From NCBI RefSeq assembly GCF_963921235.1, contig NC_086108.1, forward strand, positions 117,430,001-117,494,000: DNA of 64,000 bases, given 5' to 3'. Under the pieces are notes generated by a model that saw only the letters and a list, made by a program, of their open reading frames with translations, did no database searches and had not been told where the DNA came from. Shown here piece after piece: positions 37,501 through 49,659 of the stretch. Source of the DNA: Mobula hypostoma (taxonomy: Eukaryota). Position 1 is the first letter of the stretch. Each line of letters starts with the position of its first letter. The position numbers were made by a program, and so were the translations under genes.

Positions 37501-40500
37501 CCTTCCCCTCCCCTCCCTCCCTCCCTCCTTCTCCTCCCCTCCCTCCCTCCTTCCCCTCCCCTCCCTCCCTCCTTCCCCCTCCCTCCCTCCTTCCCCCTCC
37601 CTCCCTCCTTCCCCCCTTCCCCTCCCTCCCTCCTTCCCCCCCTCGCTCCCTCCTTCCCCTCTCTCTCCCTCCCTCCTTCCCTCCCCTCCCTCCCTCCTCT
37701 CCCTCCCTCCTTCCCCCTCCCTCCCTCCTTCCCCCTTCCCCTCCCTCTTCCCCTCCCTCCCTCCCTCCCTCCTTCCCCCCCCTCTCCCTCCCTCCCTCCT
37801 TCCCCCCTCTCTCTCCCTCCTTCCCCCCTCTCTCCCTCCCTCCTTCTCTCCCCCCTCTCTCCATCCCTCCTTCTCTCCCCCTCCCTCCTTCCCCCCTCCC
37901 TCCCTCCTTCCCCCCTCCCTCCCTCCTACCTCCCTCCCTCCTCCCCCCTGCTTCCCCCCTCCCCCCTCCTACCCCCCTCCCTCCCTCCTTCCCTCCCCTC
38001 CCTCCTCCCCCTCCCCTCCTCCCCTCCTCCCCTCCTTCCCCTCCCCTCCTTCCCCTCCCCTCCTCCCCTCCCCTCCCTCCTTCCCTTCCCCTCCCCTCCC
38101 TCCTCCCCCCCTCCCCCTCCCTCCTTCCCCCCCTCCCCCCTTCCCCCTACCCCCTCCCCCTCCCCTCCCCCCTCCCTCCTTCCCCTCCCTCCTTCCCCTC
38201 CCTCCTTCCCCTCCCCTCCCTCCCTCCCTCCCCTCCCTCCCCTCCCTCCCTCCCCTCCCTCCCCTCCCTCCTTCCCCTCCCCTCCCCTCCCTCCTTCCCC
38301 TCCCTCCTTCCCCTCCCCTCCCTCCCTCCTTCCCCTCCCCCCCCTCCTTCCCCTCCCCTCCCCTCCCTCCCTCCTTCCCCTCCCCTCCCTCCCTCCTTCC
38401 CCTCCCCTCCCTCCTTCCCCTCCCCTCCCTCCCTCCTTCCCCTCCCCTCCCTCCCTCCTTCCCCTCCCCTCCCTCCCTCCTTTCCCTCCCCTCCCTCCCT
38501 CCTTTCCCCCTCCCCTCCCCTCCCTCCCTCCTTCCCCTCCCCTCCCTCCCCTCCCCTTCCTCCCTCCCTCCTTCCCCTCCCCTCCCTCCTTCCCCTCCCC
38601 TCCCTCCCTCCCTCCCCTCCCTCCTTCCCCTCCCCTCCCTCCCTCCTTCCCCTCCCCTCCCTCCCTCCTTCCCCCCTCCTACCCCCCCTCCCTCCTTCCC
38701 CCTCCCCCCTCCCTCCTTCCCTCCCCTCCCTCCTTCCCCTCCCCTCCCTCCCTCCTTCCCCCTTCCCCTCCCTCTTCCCCTCCCTCCCTCCTTCCCCCCC
38801 TCGCTCCCTCCTTCCCCTCTCTCTCCCGCCCTCCTTCCCCTCTCTCTCCCTCCCTCCTTCCCTCCCCTCCCTCCCTCCTCTCCCTCCCTCCTTCCCCCTC
38901 CCTCCCTCCTTCCCCCCTTCCCCTCCCCCACCCTCCCTCCCTCCTTCCCCCCTCTCCCTCCCTCCCTCCTTCCCCCCTCTCCCTCCCTCCCCCCTCTCCC
39001 TCCCTCCCTCCTTCCCCCCTCTCCCTCCCTCCTTCCCCCCTCTCTCCCTCCCTCCTTCTCTCCCCCCTCTCTCCATCCCTCCTTCTCTCCCCCCTTCCCC
39101 CCTCCCTCCTTCCCCCCTCCCTCCCTCCTACCTCCCTCCCTCCTCCCCCCTGCTTCCCCCCTCCCCCCTCCTACCCCCCTCCCTCCTTCCCCCCTTCCCC
39201 TCCCTCCCTCCTTCCCCCCCTCGCACCCTCCTTTCCCTCTCTCTCCCTCCCTCCTTCCCTCCCCTCCCTCCCTCCTCTCCCTCCCTCCTTCCCCCTCCCT
39301 CCCTCCTTCCCCCTCCCTCCCTCCTTCCCCCTTCCCCTCCCTCTTCCCCTCCCTCCCTCCCTCCCTCCCCCCTCTCCCTCCCTCCCTCCTTCCCCCCCTC
39401 TCCCTCCCTCCCTCCTTCCCCCCTCTCTCTCCCTCCTTCCCCCCTCTCTCCCTCCCTCCTTCTCTCCCCCCTTCTCTCCATCCCTCCTTCTCTCCCCCTC
39501 CCTCCTTCCCCCCTCCCTCCCTCCTTCCCCCCTCCCTCCCTCCTACCTCCCTCCCTCCTCCCCCCTGCTTCCCCCCTCCCCCTCCTACCCCCCCTCCCTC
39601 CCTCCTTCCCTCCCCTCCCTCCTCCCCCTCCCCTCCTCCCCCTCCCCTCCTCCCCTCCTTCCCCTCCCCTCCTCCCCTCCCCTCCCTCCTTCCCTTCCCC
39701 TCCCCTCCCTCCTCCCCCCCTCCTCCACCCCTCCCCCCTCCCTCCTTCCCCCCCTCCCCCCTCCCTCCTTCCCCCCCTCCCCCCTCCCTCCTTCCCCCAC
39801 CCCCTCCCCTCCCCCTCCCCTCCCCCCTCCCTCCTTCCCCTCCCCTTCCTCCCTCCCTCCTTCCCCTCCCTCCTTCCCCTCCCCTCCCTCCCTCCCTCCC
39901 CTCCCTCCCCTCCCTCCTTCCCCTCCCCTCCCCTCCCTCCTTCCCCTCCCCTCCCTCCCTCCTTCCCCTCCCCTCCCTCCTTCCCCTCCCCTCCCCTCCC
40001 TCCCTCCTTCCCCTCCCCTCCCTCCCTCCTTCCCCTCCCCTCCCTCCTTCCCCTCCCCTCCCTCCCTCCTTCCCCTCCCCTCCCTCCCTCCTTCCCCTCC
40101 CCTCCCTCCCTCCTTTCCCCCTCCCCTCCCCTCCCTCCCTCCTTCCCCTCCCCTCCCTCCCCTCCACTTCCTCCCTCCCTCCTTCCCCTCCCCTCCCTCC
40201 TTCCCCTCCCCTCCCTCCTTCCCCTCCCTCCTTCCCCTCCCCTCCCTCCCTCCCTCCCCTCCCTCCTTCCCCTCCCCTCCCTCCCTCCTTCCCCCCTCCT
40301 ACCCCCCTCCCTCCTTCCCCCTCCCCCCTCCCTCCTTCCCTCCCCTCCCTCCTTCCCCTCCCCTCCCTCCCTCCTTCCCCTCCCCTCCCTCCCTCCTTCC
40401 CCCTTCCCCTCCCTCTTCCCCTCCCTCCCTCCTTCCCCCCCTCGCTCCCTCCTTCCCCTCTCTCTCCCTCCCTCCTTCCCCTCTCTCTCCCTCCCTCCTT

Positions 40501-42835
40501 CCCTCCCCTCCCTCCCTCCTCTCCCTCCCTCCTTCCCCCTCCCTCCCTCCTTCCCCCCTTCCCCTCCCCCACCCTCCCTCCCTCCCTCCCTCCTTCCCCC
40601 CTTCCCCTCCCCCACCCTCCCTCCCTCCCTCCTTCCCCCCTCTCCCTCCCTCCCTCCTTCCCCCCTCTCCCTCCCTCCCTCCCCCCTCTCCCTCCCTCCC
40701 TCCTTCCCCCCTCTCCCTCCCTCCTTCCCCCCTCTCTCCCTCCCTCCTTCTCTCCCCCCCTCTCTCCATCCCTCCTTCTCTCCCCCCCTTCCCCCCTCCC
40801 TCCTTCCCCCCTCCCTCCCTCCTACCTCCCTCCCTCCTCCCCCCTGCTTCCCCCCTCCCCCCTCCTACCCCCCTCCCTCCCTCCTTCCCTCCCCTCCCTC
40901 CTTCCCCTCCCCTCCCCTCCCTCCTTCCCCTCCCCTCCTCCCCTCCCCTCCCCTCCCTCCTTCCCCCCTCCTCCCCCCTCCCCCCTCCCTCCTTCCCCCC
41001 CTCCCCCCTCCCTCCTTCCCCCTCCCTCCTTCCCCCTCCCTCCTTCCCCCTCCCTCCTTCCCCTCCCCTCCCTCTTTCCCCTCCCCTCCCCTCCCTCCCT
41101 CCTTTCCCCCCTCCCCTCCCCCCCTCCCTCCTTCCCCTCCCCTTCCTCCCTCCCTCCTTCCCCTCCCCTTCCTCCCTCCCTCCTTCCCCTCCCTCCTTCC
41201 CCTCCCCTCCCTCCTTCCCTTCCCCTCCCCTCCCTCCTTCCCCCTCCCTCCTTCCCCCTCCCTCCTTCCCCTCCCTCCTTCCCCTCCCCTCCCTCTTTCC
41301 CCTCCCCTCCCCTCCCTCCCTCCTTTCCCCCCTCCCCTCCCCCCTCCCTCCTTCCCCTCCCCTTCCTCCCTCCCTCCTTCCCCTCCCTCCTTCCCCTCCC
41401 CTCCCTCCTTCCCTTCCCCTCCCCTCCCTCCTTCCCCTCCCCTCCCTCCCTCCTTCCCCTCCCCTCCCTCCCTCCCTCCTTCCCCTCCCCTCCCTCCCTC
41501 CTTCCCCTCCCCTCCCTCCCTCCTTCCCCTCCCCTCCCTCCTTCCCCTCCCCTCCCTCCCTCCCTCCTTTCCCCCTCCCCTCCCTCCCTCCTTCCCCCCT
41601 CCCCTCCCCTCCCTCCCTCCTTCCCCTCCCCTCCATCCCCTCCCCTCCCCTCCCTCCCCTCCCCTTCTTCCCCTCCCCTTCCTCCCTCCCTCCTTCCCCT
41701 CCCTCCTTCCCCTCCCCCTCCCTCCCTCCCTCCCTCTCCCCCTCCCTCTCCCCCTCCCTCCCTCCCTCCCTCCCTCTCCTCCCCTCCCTCCCTCCTTCCC
41801 CTCCCCTCCCTCCCTCCCTCCTTCTCCTCCCCTCCCTCCCTCCCTCCCCTCCCTCTCCTCCCCTCCCTCCCCTCCCCTCCCTCCTTCCCCTCCCCTCCCC
41901 TCCCTCCTTCCCCTCCCCTCCCCTCCCTCCTTCCCCTCCCCTCCCTCCTTCCCCTCCCCTCCCTCCCTCCTTCCCCTCCCCTCCCTCCTTCCCCTCCCTC
42001 CCTCCCTCCCTCCTTCCCCTCCCCTCCCTCCCTCCTTCCCCTCCCCTCCCTCCCTCCTTCCCCTCCCTCCCCTCCTTCCCCTCCCTCCCCTCCCTCCCCC
42101 CTTCCCCTCCTTCCCCTCCCTCCCCCTCCCCTCCCTCCCTCCCTCCTTCCCCTCCCTCCTTCCCCTCCCCCCTCCCCCTCCCCCTCCCCCCTCCCTCTCC
42201 CCCTCCCCCTCCCCCCCTCCCCCTCCCCCCTCCCCCTCTTCCCCTCCCCCTCCCCCTCTTCCCCTCCCCCTCCCCCTCTTCCCCTCCCCCTCCCCCTCTC
42301 CCTCCCCTCCTTCCCCTCCCCTCCCCTCCCCCCTTCCCTCTCCCCCTCCCCCCTTCCCTCTCCCCCTCCCCCCCTTCCCTCTCCCCCTCCCCCCCTTCCC
42401 TCCCCCTCCCCCCTTCCCTCTCCCCCTCCCCCCTTCCCTCTCCCCCTCCCCCCCTTCCCTCTCCCCCTCCCCCCCTTCCCTCTCCCCCTCCCCCCTTCCC
42501 TCTCCCCCTCCCCTCCCCCTCCCCCCTTCCCTCTCCCCCTCCCCCCTTCCCTCTCCCCCTCCCCCCTTCCCTCTCCCCCTCCCCCCTTCCCTCTCCCCCT
42601 CCCCCCTTCCCTCTCCCCCTCCCCCCTTCCCCCCTTCCCTCTCCCCCTCCCCCCTTCCCTCTCCCCCTCCCCCCTTCCCTCTCCCCCTTCCCTCTCCCCT
42701 CCCCCTTCCCTCTCCCCTTCCCTCTCCCCTCCCCCTTCCCTCTCTCCCCTCCCCCTTCCCTCTCTCCCCTCCCCCCTTCCCCTCCCCCTCCCCCTTCCCC
42801 TCCCCCTTCCCCTCCCCCTCCCCCTTCTTCCATTC
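34505..42835 (+). repeat. ~8.3 kb polypyrimidine (C/T) low-complexity tract
   Basis: Almost entirely CCCT/CCCCT/CCTT variants; purines become very rare after ~35.4 kb. Confidence 0.97.
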
Positions 42836-42839
42836 ATTC

Positions 42840-43170
42840 TCTCCGATCTTCCCGCCTCTTCCTCCCCACTCCACCCTTCCATTCTTGCCCGTTTGCGGCC
42901 TCAGGCTCCGCCTTTAATCTCTCCTTCTCTCCTCCACCCCTTCCTCCCTGGCCCTGCCGATTCGCCACTACCGACACCGCCGCAGTCATGCCGTCCTCTT
43001 CCCAAACCGAATCCCAAACTGAGACCGGGAGCCGCTACGCCGACCTCTTCTCCCGGCTCGACACCAACGGCGACGGGCGGATCGACGTGCGGGAGCTGCA
43101 GGCGGCTTTGAAGGACCGAGGCCTGGGTATGGAGGCCCAACAGGTGAGCGAGGGGCAGAGAGAACGGTGA
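42840..43170 (+). promoter_or_regulatory. Small CpG-rich island over the 5' UTR/first exon
   Basis: Dense CpG dinucleotides against a CpG-poor background. The TSS cannot be located from sequence. Confidence 0.55.
42988..43143 (+). CDS. slc25a23: First coding exon of a calcium-binding mitochondrial ATP-Mg/Pi carrier (SCaMC family, most like SLC25A23)
   Basis: MPSSSQTESQTETGSRYADLFSRLDTNGDGRIDVRELQAALKDRGLGMEAQQ has the canonical EF-hand loop DTNGDGRIDVRE and ends at a phase-0 donor CAG|GTGAG. Paralog assignment over SLC25A24/25 rests on recalled similarity (DGRVDVHEL..GAQQ). Confidence 0.78.
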
Positions 43171-43960
43171 GAAGGAGGGGTGAGTGGTAGGAGGGAGGAG
43201 GACGAGGAGGGCTGAGTAGTGGGGAGGAGGAGGGGAGAAGGGGGAATGGAGAGGGGAAGGGGAGGAGGAGGGGAAGGGGAGGAGGAGGGGAAGGGGAGGA
43301 GGAAGGGGGGTGAGGAGGGGAAGGGGAGGAGGAAGGGGAAGGGGAGGAGAGGGTGAAGAGGAGGGGAGGGGAAGAGGAGGGCAGAGTGGTAGAGGGAAGG
43401 GGAGGAGGAGGGCAGAGTGGTAGGGGAAGGGGAGGACGAGGGGATAGGGTGATGGGGAGGGAGGAATGGGAAGAAGAGGGGTAAATGGGGAGGGGAAGGG
43501 GAGAGGGAGGGGATAGGGTGAGGTGGAGTGGGGAGGGGGAAGCAAAGGGGCTAATGGGGAGCACGGTATGGAAGGGGAGGGGAGAGGAAGGGGAAGGGTG
43601 AGGAGAGAGGGAGGTGGGGAAAGGGAGAGGAGAGTAAGGGGGAGGAAGAGGGAAAAAGGAGGGAGGGGAAGGGGAGGGCGGGGGAGGAAGGGGAAGGAGA
43701 GGGAGGAAGGGGGAGGGGAAGGAGAGGGAGGAAGGGGGAGGGGAAGGAGAGGGAGGAAGGGGGAGGGGGAGAGGAAGGGGGAGGGGTAGGGTGAAGGAAG
43801 TGGGGAAGGGGAGTGGAGAGGAGTGGGGAGGGGAAGGGTGAAGGAAATGGGGAAGGAGAGTGGAGAGGGAGGGGGAGGAAGAGAGGGAATGGGAGGAAGC
43901 GGGGAGTTGGAGAGGGGTGTGGAGGGAGGAGGAGGAGGCCATTAGTAGGGAGAGAGGGTG
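43165..43960 (+). repeat. Polypurine (G/A) tract at the start of intron 1
   Basis: GGGGA/GGAGG runs, the compositional complement of the upstream tract. Confidence 0.92.
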
Positions 43961-44639
43961 TGGTGCATCTTTGCACCCGTACCCTGGACACCCAAAATGA
44001 ATGTTAATCCCCACTGGCTGATGGCCACATTCATGCAAATACAGGCATCTCAGGTCCAAATGGAGTGTTTCTTTGCAATTAACCCTAATCAGGAAGCGGA
44101 GTTTTGAGCTGTATTTTAAATTCAATGTGCAAACCATAATCAAATCTGAAGAACAGCTGCTGTTGAAATTAATATTTGCTATGTACCCCGACTCCAGAAT
44201 ATGCCCTAATGGGCCTCCACCACATGGATCTTGACAGATCAGGGTCATGATCCAGTGGCATGGAATGCAAGATGGCAGGGCGCCCTTTACCCCTTCACTG
44301 CTGGACCCTGCCTCCATCTTCACTGCCATTATGATGTGTCATCAATTTCTACCGGCTCCACTGCTGGGTTCGGTTACTCTCTGCTTGCCTTACCGCTATG
44401 GCTGACACCACCAGGAGCTAAGCTGCAGAGGGCATTGCTCTTGGGATCTCAGGAGCTCTCAGGCCTCTCCACCATAACAAGCTGATGATACCCAGGGAAG
44501 TCACACTTATTTCATCCCTTCAGTTAGGAGACCAGAGCTATGGACCAATATCTAATTGTGGTCTAGACTGGCCACATAGATTTAACTGAAGACACCTTTG
44601 CACTTCCATTTCCTCCATTACATATAAGACTATGTAAGA

Positions 44640-45961
44640 CCGGTGGCATTGACCTCCCACATCATGAACACCCTGGAGAGACTTGCTCTGGAGCTGCTCC
44701 GGCCTATGGTCAGGCCACACTTAGATCCCCTCCAGTTCGCCTACCAGCCCCTACTAGGAGTTGAGGATGCCATCATCTACCTGCTGAACCGTGTCTACGC
44801 CCACCTGGACAAGCCAGCGAGCACTGTGAGGGTCATGTTTTTTGACTTCTCCAGTGCGTTCAACACCATCTGCCCTGCTCTGCTGGGGGAGAAGCTGACA
44901 GTGATGCAGGTGGATGCTTTCCTGGTGTCATGGATTCTTGATTACCTGACTACTAGACCACAATACGTGTGCTTGCAACACTGTGTGTCCGACAGAGTGA
45001 TCAGCAGCACTGGGGCTCCACAAGGGACTGTCTTGTCTCCCTTTCTCTTCACCATTTACACCTCGGACTTCAACGACTACACAGAGTCTCGTCATTTTCA
45101 GAAGTTTTCTGATGACTGTGCCATAGTTGGATGCATCACCAGGGAATATGAGGCTGAGTACAGGGCTACGGTAGGAAACTTTGTCACATGGTGTGAGCAG
45201 AATTGTCTGCAGCTTAATGTGAAAAAGATTAAGGAGCTGGTGGTAGACCTGAGGAGAGCTAAGGTACCGGTGACCCCTGTTTCCATCCAGGGGGTCAGTG
45301 TGGACATGGTGGAGGATTACAAATACCTGGGGATACGAATTGACAATAAACTGGACTGGTCAAAGAACACTGAGGCTGTCTACAAGAAGGGTCAGAGCCG
45401 TCTCTATTTCCTGAGGAGACTGAGGTCCTTTAACACCTGCCGGACGATGCTGAGGATGTTCTACGAGTCTGTGGTGGCCAGTGCGATCATGTTTGCTGTT
45501 GTGTGCTGGGGCAGCAGACTGAGGGTAGCAGACACCAACAGAATCAACAGACTCATTCGTAAGGCCAGTGATGTTGTGGCGATGGAACTGGACTCTCTCA
45601 CAGTGGTCTCTGAAAAGAGGATGGTGTCCAAGTTGCATGCCATCTTGGACAATGTCTCCCATCCACTACATAATGTACTGGTTGGGCACAGGAGTACATT
45701 CAGCCAGAGACTCATTCCACCGAGATGCAACACAGAGCGTCATAGGAAGTCATTCCTGCCTGTGGCCATCAAACTTTACAACTCCTCCCTTGGAGGGTCA
45801 GACACCCTGAGCCGATAGGCTGGTCCTGGACTTATTTCCTGGCAAAATTTACATATTACTATTTAATTATTTATGGTTTTATTATTATTTAATTATTTAT
45901 GGTGCAACTGTAACAAAAAACAATTTCCCCAGGGATCAATAAAGTATGACTATGACTATGA
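44640..45961 (+). mobile_element. 5'-truncated Rex1/Babar LINE with an uninterrupted 391-aa RT-to-C-terminus ORF
   Basis: LDPLQFAY, FFDFSSAFNTI, GAPQGTVLSPFLF and KFSDD motifs; AATAAA followed by a (TATGAC)n tail. Confidence 0.92.
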
Positions 45962-47580
45962 TGCAGTAGATGTGGTGTACTTTGACAAGGTGCCACACAT
46001 GAGGCTGCTTGGAAAGATAAGAGCCCATGGAATTACTTGCATGGGTGGAGCATTGGCTGATTGGCAGAAAACAGAGAGTGGGAATACAGGGATCCTCCTC
46101 TGGCTGGCTGCCAGTTACCAGGAGTCAGTGTTGGGACCACTGCTTTTTACGATGTATGTCAGTGATTTGGACTATGGTATAAATGGATTTGTGGCTAAAT
46201 TTGCCAATGATTAGATTAGGTTATGTGGACTCTCAGTCCTTGTTTATTGTCATTCAGAAATGCATGCATTAAAAAATAATACAACGTTCCTCCAGAATGA
46301 TATCACAAAAAAAAGGACAAACCAAGACTAAAACTGACAAAACCACATAAATATAACATATAATTACAACGATGCAAAGCAATACCATAGTTTGATATAG
46401 AGCAGACCATGGGCACGGTAAAAAAAAAGTCTCAAAGTCCCAATCGACTCATCATCTAACACAGGCGGCAGAAGGGAGAAACTCTCCCTGCCATGAACAT
46501 CCAAGCGCTGACAACTTGCCGATGCATTGGAAGCACCCAACCGCAGCTGACTCTGAGTCCATCCGAAAACTTTGAGCCTCTGACCAGCCGCTCCGATACA
46601 GCGTCTCCGAGTACTGTCCTTTGTTGAGCGCTTCGACCCCGGCCACCAAGCAACAAGCAAAGCCGACCACACAGTAGCAGCAGCAGCGAAGCAGGCATTT
46701 CAGAAGTTTCACCAGATGTTTCTCTGTGCTCTCATGTCCGTCTCCATCAAATCAGGATTGTGCACGGCACCCTACTTGACAAATAACAGATATCACCACC
46801 GGAGTGGCCTCTGCGAGCTGCATTGTGCTGCTATCTTCTCCTCCCACCGTCATTTTATGATACAAAGATAGGTGGAGGAGCAGGCAGTGTTGAGGAAACA
46901 GAGACTTTGATAGTTTAGGGGAATAGGCAAAGAAGTGGCAAATGAAATACATTGTTGGAAAGTGTATGGTCATGCACTTTGGTGGAAGAAATAAACAGGC
47001 AGACTATTATTTAGTTGGGGAGATAATTCAAAATGCAGAGATGCAAAGGGACTTGGAAGTCCTTGTGCAGGATACCCTAAAGGTTAACCTCCAGTTTGAA
47101 TTGGTGGTACAGAAGGCAAATGCAACGTTGGCATTCATTTCCAAAGGTATAGAATATAAGAGCAGGGATGTGATGTTGAGGCTCTACAAGGCACTCGTGA
47201 GACCACATGGAGTATTGTGTGCAGTTTTAGGTTCCTTATTTTCCTTATTTTACTGACATTGAAGAATGTCCATGGTGGGGGATTCTAGGACAAGAGGGTA
47301 CGATTTCAGGATTGTAGGACATCCATTTAGAACAGAAATGCGGAGAAATTACTTTAGTCAGAGGGTGGTAAATCTGTGGAATTTGTTGCCACGAGCGGCT
47401 ATGGAGGCTAAGGCAGAGATAGATGGGTTCTTGATTAGCCGGGGCATCAAAGGGTATGGGGAGAAGGCAGGGGAGTGGGGATGACTGGAAGAATTGGATC
47501 AGCCCTTGATTGAATGGCGGAGCAGACTCGATGGGCCGAATGGTCTATTTCTGCTCCTATATCTTATGGGCTTATCCCTA
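45960..47580 (+). mobile_element. Decayed CR1 RT/3' end, interrupted by a minus-strand retroelement piece (~46212-46856)
   Basis: AKFAND|TKIGG rejoins across the insert, which is flanked by ATGAT. Confidence 0.75.
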
Positions 47581-47584
47581 TTAT

Positions 47585-48470
47585 AAAGGGTCACCCCTCA
47601 ATTTTGAGCCTGTGCCCTTTAGTTCTGGATACCCTCACCATTGGAAACATCCTCTCCTCATCCAACCTATCAAGTCCTTTCAACATTCTGTAGGTTTCAA
47701 TGAGATCCCCACACATTCTTCTAAATTCCAGTGAGTACAGACCCAAAGCTGCCAAATGCTTCTCATATGTTAACCCCGTCATTCCTGGAATCATCCTCGT
47801 GAACCTCCTCTGGTCTCTCCAATGACAACACATCCTTTCTGAGATATGAGGCCCAAAACTGTTGACAATACTCCAAGTGTGGCCAGACTAGTGTCTTATA
47901 AAGGCTCAGCATTATCTCCTTGATTTTATATTCTATTTCCCTGGAAATAAATTCCAACATTGCATTTGCCTTCTTTACCACAGACTTAGCCTGTGTATTA
48001 ACCTTCTGGGAGTCTTGCACGAGGATTCTGAGTTCCTCTTGACCTCTGATGTTTGAAACCTCTCCTCATTTAGATAATAGTCCACACTATTGTTCCTTTT
48101 ATGAAGATGCATTATCATACATTTCCTAACACTGTATTCCATCTGCCACTTTTTTGCCCATTCTTCCAGTTTGTCTAAGTCCAGCTGCAATTGCATTGCT
48201 TCCTTAGCACTACCTACCCCTCCACCTATCTTCGTATCGTTCGCAAACTTTGCCACATAGCCATCAATTCCATTATCTAAATCACTGACAAATAGTCTGA
48301 AAAGCAGTGGTCCCAATACTGACCCCTGAGGAGCACCACTAGTCAACGGCAGCCAACTAGAAAAGGCTACTTTTATTCCCACTCGCCACCTCCTGCCTGT
48401 CAGCCATTACACTATGCATAGCATTATCTTTCCTGTAATGCCATAGGATTTTATCTTGTTAAGCAGCCTT
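47585..48470 (-). mobile_element. CR1 RT fragment
   Basis: ORFs 47975..48382, 47763..48020 and 47591..47833. Confidence 0.85.
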
Positions 48471-49659
48471 AACAAGCCTTAAGTGTTGCACATGTATCAT
48501 CCATTAGGTGGGGAGACAAGACGTGTACAAAGTATTCTCCCTTCTTTCACGTTCTGTGTCAGATATCTCTCTTGTCTTGGGCAGGAGGGAATCCAGATGT
48601 TTACACAAAACTCCATTCTCTTGCCAATTGAATTCACTCCAGATGGTACCAAAATATAGTTAAAAGCACTAGATACCGGGCAGTCCAAAAAACGTTACAG
48701 GTTCTGGAAAGCTGAAATAAAAGCAGAGCATGCTAGAAACCCTCAGCGTGTCAGGCAGCATCTGTGGAGAGAAACCCTTCATCAGATCTCTAAAGGAGAC
48801 ATAAACAAATTAGTTTTAAGTCGTAGAGTGATGCAGCATAGCTAGTCTCTTTAGTCCATTCGCTCCATGCTGACCTTGAGGGCCACCCAGCTAGTTCTCC
48901 ACTGCAGGTAGGTGGGGAAGATTGAAGAGGATAAAGGGTACATCTGTGTTAGGAATAGGGCAAGGTTACTGGGAATGAGTAAATGGGTTAGTAGCTCAGA
49001 TGTCTGAATCTGGGAGTGTAGGCAATGACTGGTAGTTCTGGCTGTGCTCATGGGAAGAGTAAAACTGAATAAATATCACAAAGCATGGAATGCTATGGAC
49101 CAACCTGTGGTAAATGGATTAGTTTAGAGGTACCTGCTGGTGAGTTGAAGGGCCTGTCTCTGAGCTAAATGAAATGGTCTGCTCCGACTCAAAAAGCTGC
49201 AGCGTGCAGATAGATGAGTTATAAATTTCTAGAGCACTACGTACAGAAACAGACCTTTTGGCCCATCTGAAAAGCTGCCAGCCTGTTTTTCAGCATAGTC
49301 CCTTCTAGGCATCTCTGAGGTTCTAATGAACAGAAAAGACAAAGGAGAACAAGTTGCTGGTATGCCTTTGTACCTTCAACAGGCTTTTGATAGGTGCTAT
49401 GCAAGAGACTACTAAGTAATTACAGGGTATAAACTGACATTGGTTAAACAGAGTCAAACTACGATAAACAGGTAATAAGAGAGGAAGAAAATTCTGAAAT
49501 AAAAACAGAAAGTGCTGGGAAACCTCAGCAGGTCAAGCAGCATCTGTGGAAAGAGAAACTTAGCATTTCAAGTATGTGACACTTGATGAGAAATGGGAAC
49601 GAACATTACGAGGAGGAGGAATAGGTGATGATAGGATCAGGTAGGGGTAATAGTGATAC

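Noticed and set aside
34666..43170. 2834-aa and 2547-aa Pro/Ser/Leu ORFs and the antisense Gly/Arg/Glu ORFs
   Set aside because: C/T-only and G/A-only sequence cannot form stop codons, so several frames are open by composition alone. Only 42988-43143 looks like real protein.
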